NCBI GenBank assembly: GCA_031262525.1
Contig: JAISHM010000019.1
Coordinates: 6,489 to 70,488, forward strand
Source of the DNA: Rickettsiales bacterium
GTDB lineage: Bacteria > Pseudomonadota > Alphaproteobacteria > Rs-D84
Length of the DNA stretch: 64,000 bases
Direction of reading: 5' to 3'
Shown in pieces: positions 60,565 to 64,000 of the stretch; within the stretch, counting starts at the first letter, position 1, and the number at the start of each line of letters is the position of its first letter. The position numbers and the translations under genes are program-made. The notes under the pieces are model-generated. The model did no database searches, had not been told where the DNA came from, and was given only the letters and a program-made list of their open reading frames with translations.

Positions 60565-62442
60565 ATGGTAAGATTAAAGAAAAACAATAATAATAAAAAT
60601 GAAAATGAAAATAAGATAGAGCGGTTGCCTTTTTTGATGAACGGCCTTGCCGATATCGAAGACTATGCGGAATATGATGATGATAAAGACATAGCAATCG
60701 CGGCGGCACGCGGCGCAACAAAAAAGAAAGGTGGCGCGAAACAACAACCCGAAGATTCAATTGCTTTCTTTGCGCTGGGCGGATTGGAACATATCGGGCA
60801 AAATATGTATGTTTATCGTTATGCTGGAAAATACCTGGTCGTTGATTGTGGTATGGGATTTTTGGACCAAGATGTTGGGGGCGATGATACCAAATATTCT
60901 GATACGACCTGGCTGGAAAAACATAAAAAAGATGTTGTCGGCATGATTATCACCCATGGCCACGAAGACCATGTTGGTGCGTTAAAATACATCTGGGAAA
61001 AATTCCGTTGTCCGATTTATTGCACTCGGTTTGTTGCGGCGTTTATGACCAAGACTTTTGACGGATTGGGAATTGAATACAAAGCGGACACATTCCATAT
61101 TTTTGACCACAACGGCGCAGAGTTCAGCGTTGGTCCATTTGATATTGAAACTTTTCACGTAACCCATTCCGTGCCCGAGGCGCAAATGATTATCATCAAA
61201 ACACCCGCGGGAAAAATACTGCATACTGGGGACTGGACATTTAATGATGCGATTCCGATTGAAAATCCAACGGACTTTGCACGACTGAAAGAAATTGGCA
61301 GCGACCCAAAGTTGCTGGCGGTGGTTTGCGAATCAACAAATCCAGCGCGTCCTTTCCGCCAAATTACCGAGGTTGAGGTCAAAGAGACCCTGGAAGAAAT
61401 TATGAAAAAAGCCCCGGGTCGTGTGTTTGTTGCGGGTTATTCACGCAGTTTGGCGCGTATTGACGGCTTTGCGCGCGCGGCTGCATTGGCGGGCCGCACG
61501 GCAGCGATAAAAGAGCGCAGCAGTGATAGAGCGGTCCCATTCGTTGGTCTGCCAGAGTTTCGCCAGATTGGTATAGATTTGGGATATTTGGGTGCAGATG
61601 ATACACAACTTTATCGTGATATTTCGTCGCTGCCGGCCGAAAAACAAGCAATTTATCTGACGGGTTCCCAGGGGGAAAAGTTCGCGATGCTGACGCGTCT
61701 TTGCCGCGGTCATGTAAAAGAGTTAAAATTGCAACCAACCGACACCGTCGTATTCAGTGCGATTGTTATCCCAGGGCGCGAGCAACAGGTTTCGTTCTTG
61801 TATAACAAATTGGCGAAAATGGGAATCACGACCAAAACTATTTACGATACCGAACGCGTTCATGCGTCGGGGCATGCGGGACGACCAGAATTTGAAAACT
61901 TTTGGGATATTGTTCATCCCCAGGTTGTAATCCCAATGCACGGCGAATATATCAGCGAAATGCTGGTTGCAAAAATGGCGATGGAACGCGGCGGAGCAAA
62001 ACAAATGATGCTGGTTCATAATGGCGATGTCGTGGTATTGCGCGCGGGTGATGAGCCGTATGTTGCGGAAACAATCCCAACCGGGTTTATTGTTATGGAG
62101 GGCGAAACCGAACGCAATGGCAATGACCCAGTTCTGAAAAATCGTAAAAAATTATCAACCGAGGGTGCGGTGTTCGTAACTCTGTCCGTGGATAAACGGG
62201 GATTTCTGAAAGATACGCCGATGGTATCCAGTGCGGGTTTATTTGAATCTGATAATACAGGATACGCAAAACGCCAGATTCAGATAGAGATTACAAAATC
62301 TATTGGCGATATGGGTAAGGCGGCGCGGAAATCGGAACAAAACCTGCGCACAGCGGTTGAGGTCGCTGTGAAAAAGGTTATTCGTCCGATGATGGGTGAC
62401 CGAAAATCACCCGTGATTTACGTCCACTTCATACAAAAATAA
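60565..62442 (+). CDS. rnj: ribonuclease J (metallo-beta-lactamase/beta-CASP) with low-complexity N-terminal extension
   Basis: 'ITHGHEDHVGA', 'GDWTFND' and 'HASGHA'. The N-terminal extension of about 65 aa is Asn/Lys/Asp-rich. An alternative start is M25. Confidence 0.85.
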   Translation: MVRLKKNNNNKNENENKIERLPFLMNGLADIEDYAEYDDDKDIAIAAARGATKKKGGAKQQPEDSIAFFALGGLEHIGQNMYVYRYAGKYLVVDCGMGFLDQDVGGDDTKYSDTTWLEKHKKDVVGMIITHGHEDHVGALKYIWEKFRCPIYCTRFVAAFMTKTFDGLGIEYKADTFHIFDHNGAEFSVGPFDIETFHVTHSVPEAQMIIIKTPAGKILHTGDWTFNDAIPIENPTDFARLKEIGSDPKLLAVVCESTNPARPFRQITEVEVKETLEEIMKKAPGRVFVAGYSRSLARIDGFARAAALAGRTAAIKERSSDRAVPFVGLPEFRQIGIDLGYLGADDTQLYRDISSLPAEKQAIYLTGSQGEKFAMLTRLCRGHVKELKLQPTDTVVFSAIVIPGREQQVSFLYNKLAKMGITTKTIYDTERVHASGHAGRPEFENFWDIVHPQVVIPMHGEYISEMLVAKMAMERGGAKQMMLVHNGDVVVLRAGDEPYVAETIPTGFIVMEGETERNGNDPVLKNRKKLSTEGAVFVTLSVDKRGFLKDTPMVSSAGLFESDNTGYAKRQIQIEITKSIGDMGKAARKSEQNLRTAVEVAVKKVIRPMMGDRKSPVIYVHFIQK

Positions 62443-62542
62443 ATTTCTGTGTGCATCTGCTCGCTTTTGCCGACCCTCGTGTATTTTTATACACGTCGGG
62501 TCGTCGAAACCATCGCATCTGCCACACATAAATTTATTTTTT
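62441..62542 (+). terminator. long imperfect hairpin plus T-run immediately after the rnj stop
   Basis: The arms AAATTTCTGTGTG...GACCCTCGTGTAT and ATACACGTCGGGTC...CACACATAAATTT surround a TTTT loop, followed by ATTTTTT. Confidence 0.5.
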
Positions 62543-62597
62543 AAGAGTGTCTGTGAATGCCTGCTTGCGGTTTACTTTGCTCGTGTATTTTTATACA

Positions 62598-62669
62598 CTC
62601 GGTCTAAAATCCCCGTTTGAACTCGGTATAAAATCCCCGCTTGAACTCGGTATAAAATCCCCGCCCTTT
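62598..62669 (+). repeat. 24-bp tandem repeat, about 2.7 copies (CTCGGT[C/A]TAAAATCCCCG[T/C]TTGAA)
   Basis: Units at 62598-62621 and 62622-62645. A third unit from 62646 runs into the double-hairpin element. Confidence 0.9.
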
Positions 62670-62714
62670 GGGGGCGGGGTGTCCGCGCAGCGGACGGGGC
62701 GGGGGAACCACCAC
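62651..62714 (+). repeat. G-rich double-hairpin repeat element, copy B (intergenic)
   Basis: TATAAAATCCCCGCCCTTTGGGGGCGGGGTGTCCGCGCAGCGGACGGGGCGGGGGAACCACCAC. Homologous to 28594-28664. Confidence 0.7.
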
Positions 62715-62751
62715 AGAAAAAAACTTTATCATATAAACAACCTCCGTCATA

Positions 62752-62777
62752 CCGCCGAATGGCGGGGAATTTTTTTT
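62752..62777 (+). terminator. rho-independent terminator
   Basis: CCGCC-gaat-GGCGG followed by GGAA and T8. Confidence 0.6.
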
Positions 62778-62802
62778 ATAATTCAACTGGGGGGATAAAC
62801 AA

Positions 62803-62831
62803 TTGACATTGCGGACCATAACCTTTACGAT
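62803..62831 (+). promoter_or_regulatory. sigma70-like promoter (TTGACA-17 nt-TACGAT) for the downstream outer-membrane-protein gene
   Basis: -35 at 62803-62808 and -10 at 62826-62831. A leader of about 110 nt has an AAGGAAG Shine-Dalgarno before ATG 62947. Confidence 0.45.
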
Positions 62832-62946
62832 TCGATTGCAAACGGACATAAAAATGCGTTATTGCCGATTACGGGTGACGCAGTTCGGGCGCCTGTGTCT
62901 TGCCAATAATGGGGGCACGGAAATAAAAAGAACAAAGGAAGAAAAA

Positions 62947-64000
62947 ATGAAAAAAACTTTGACTCTGACCGCTTTGGTGGCGTTGTTTTCTGCGCCAGCG
63001 CTGGCGGCAAATATGGAAAACCCGTTATATGCACCAAAGACGGGCGAAATCTATACAAAAACTGGTGCGGGTCTGATGTATAAAAAGGCCGACCACTCTG
63101 ACGCGATGAAACAAAATGGTAAGGCGGGCGGAACCGAATTTCCAATTTGGCGCGGCGCGTTTGATGCGGGGTATGGAATCACCGAAAGATTGTCCGTCAA
63201 TGGTGGAATTGCATGGACCCAGGACGATGATATTGGGCGCAAGGGTATGAACAATGGGCAATTAGGATTGACCTATCGTATATTGGACGGGTTGGATAAT
63301 GAACATGGGCTGATTTGGGATGTTTATGCGAACGCTCATCTGGGTGGCGTTATGGAAATGAAAGGTTCGTATTCATCCAAAGGTTTCAAATACGACAACT
63401 ATACCAATGGGCGCTATGGCGTTTATGCTGGTATGAAATTAGGTAAAACATGGGATAAATTCACGTTTATGGGATTTGCAGAATTGCAACAAACATTCGG
63501 CAATCATAATAATCTGATTGACCTGAGGACGGGTAAGGACGAAGCGACAAAAGCGGCAATCGCCGCAGGCGGGGCGGGAAATCTTAAAACAGCGTGTGAT
63601 GCTGGTAACGAAAATGCTTGTTTAGCGGTGGCGATGTTAGCGATAACATCACAAACTGATGAATTGTCGGTCAATCTGAAATCCACCTTGGAATTTAATA
63701 CTGGGTTCCGTGCATTCTATGAACTGGATGAAAAATGGTCGTTTGGTGGTGCGTTTAAGTTCAGCACACGCGAAAATAATGGAATCAAAAGTGTTTATAC
63801 TCCATTGACAGGTAAAGCGTCAGACGCTGCGAATGAATTGGCGGCAAAAATGTCTGATATGCAAGATGGCTGGGACGAATATGTATTCACCCTGTCGGCG
63901 GCATACAATTTGACAGAATGGACCCAATTGGTCGGATACGCCGAATACACATTTGACGCGTCCGAGGCACAATCCCAAAATGGCACAGATATAAAGGCCG
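62947..64000 (+). CDS. secreted/outer-membrane protein, 3' end outside the window (absent from the ORF track)
   Basis: Hand translation is open from ATG 62947 to the window edge (351 codons). Starts MKKTLTLTALVALFSAPALA|ANMENPLYAPK... and has alternating beta-strand-like segments rich in Y/G/W. Confidence 0.65.
   Translation, partial: MKKTLTLTALVALFSAPALAANMENPLYAPKTGEIYTKTGAGLMYKKADHSDAMKQNGKAGGTEFPIWRGAFDAGYGITERLSVNGGIAWTQDDDIGRKGMNNGQLGLTYRILDGLDNEHGLIWDVYANAHLGGVMEMKGSYSSKGFKYDNYTNGRYGVYAGMKLGKTWDKFTFMGFAELQQTFGNHNNLIDLRTGKDEATKAAIAAGGAGNLKTACDAGNENACLAVAMLAITSQTDELSVNLKSTLEFNTGFRAFYELDEKWSFGGAFKFSTRENNGIKSVYTPLTGKASDAANELAAKMSDMQDGWDEYVFTLSAAYNLTEWTQLVGYAEYTFDASEAQSQNGTDIKA

Noticed and set aside
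62598-62669. CRISPR array
   Set aside because: The 24-bp units are directly contiguous with no spacers, number fewer than three, and no cas genes are present. I treat it as a tandem repeat derived from the double-hairpin element.
62547-62798. 83-aa ORF (MSVNACLRF...LGIKSPFELGIKSPLELGIKSPPFGGG...)
   Set aside because: It is the translation of the tandem repeats and hairpin element. It has no Shine-Dalgarno and spans a terminator-like hairpin. The open frame is noteworthy only as a property of the repeat element (see findings).

Overview
This 64-kb chromosomal window is gene-dense on both strands. It looks most like a compact, low-GC alphaproteobacterium. The lineage clues are a CcrM-type methyltransferase, a zauP-like/zapA pair, olsB-olsA, rpmF-plsX-ihfA, ParC, a short FtsY and RNase J. 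All functions are assigned from motifs I recognise in the translations; no database search was possible.

Housekeeping genes: trpS, rpmF, plsX, ihfA, proS, rpsA, tig, rpsI, rplM, xerC, ccrM, hemW, pepF, prmC, rpsU, tRNA-Ala(CGC), an msbA-like ABC exporter, parC, ftsY, zapA, map, radC, rph, frr and rnj.

Accessory content interleaved with these:
- a partial methyltransferase plus HNH nuclease pair at the left edge
- a glycan-synthesis island at 45-50 kb, plus isolated glycosyltransferase family 2 (GT2) genes
- several large secreted, Cys-rich or outer-membrane proteins of unknown function
- two visibly AT-rich cassettes driven by consensus sigma70 promoters

Three genes are missing from the supplied ORF track: rpmF (5263-5412, 49 aa), a 47-aa membrane peptide (11077-11220), and an outer-membrane-protein gene that runs off the right edge (62947->64000).

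Items most worth a second look:
1. A G-rich double-hairpin repeat element sits in frame inside hemW and again downstream of rnj. Its second hairpin differs in sequence between the copies but folds in both.
2. A four-helix-bundle (23S-IVS-protein/Avd family) gene is flanked by a 14/15 inverted repeat, between an outer-membrane-protein gene and a secreted-protein gene.
3. A three-gene operon encodes a membrane-anchored GH24 (T4-lysozyme-type) domain.
4. An operon encodes a tail-fibre-like protein and a 910-aa Cys-rich repeat surface protein.
5. Two convergent GT2 paralogs share an 18-bp perfect palindrome.
6. Three loci have an identical leaderless promoter-to-ATG geometry.

I found no CRISPR array, rRNA gene, transposase or clear prophage.
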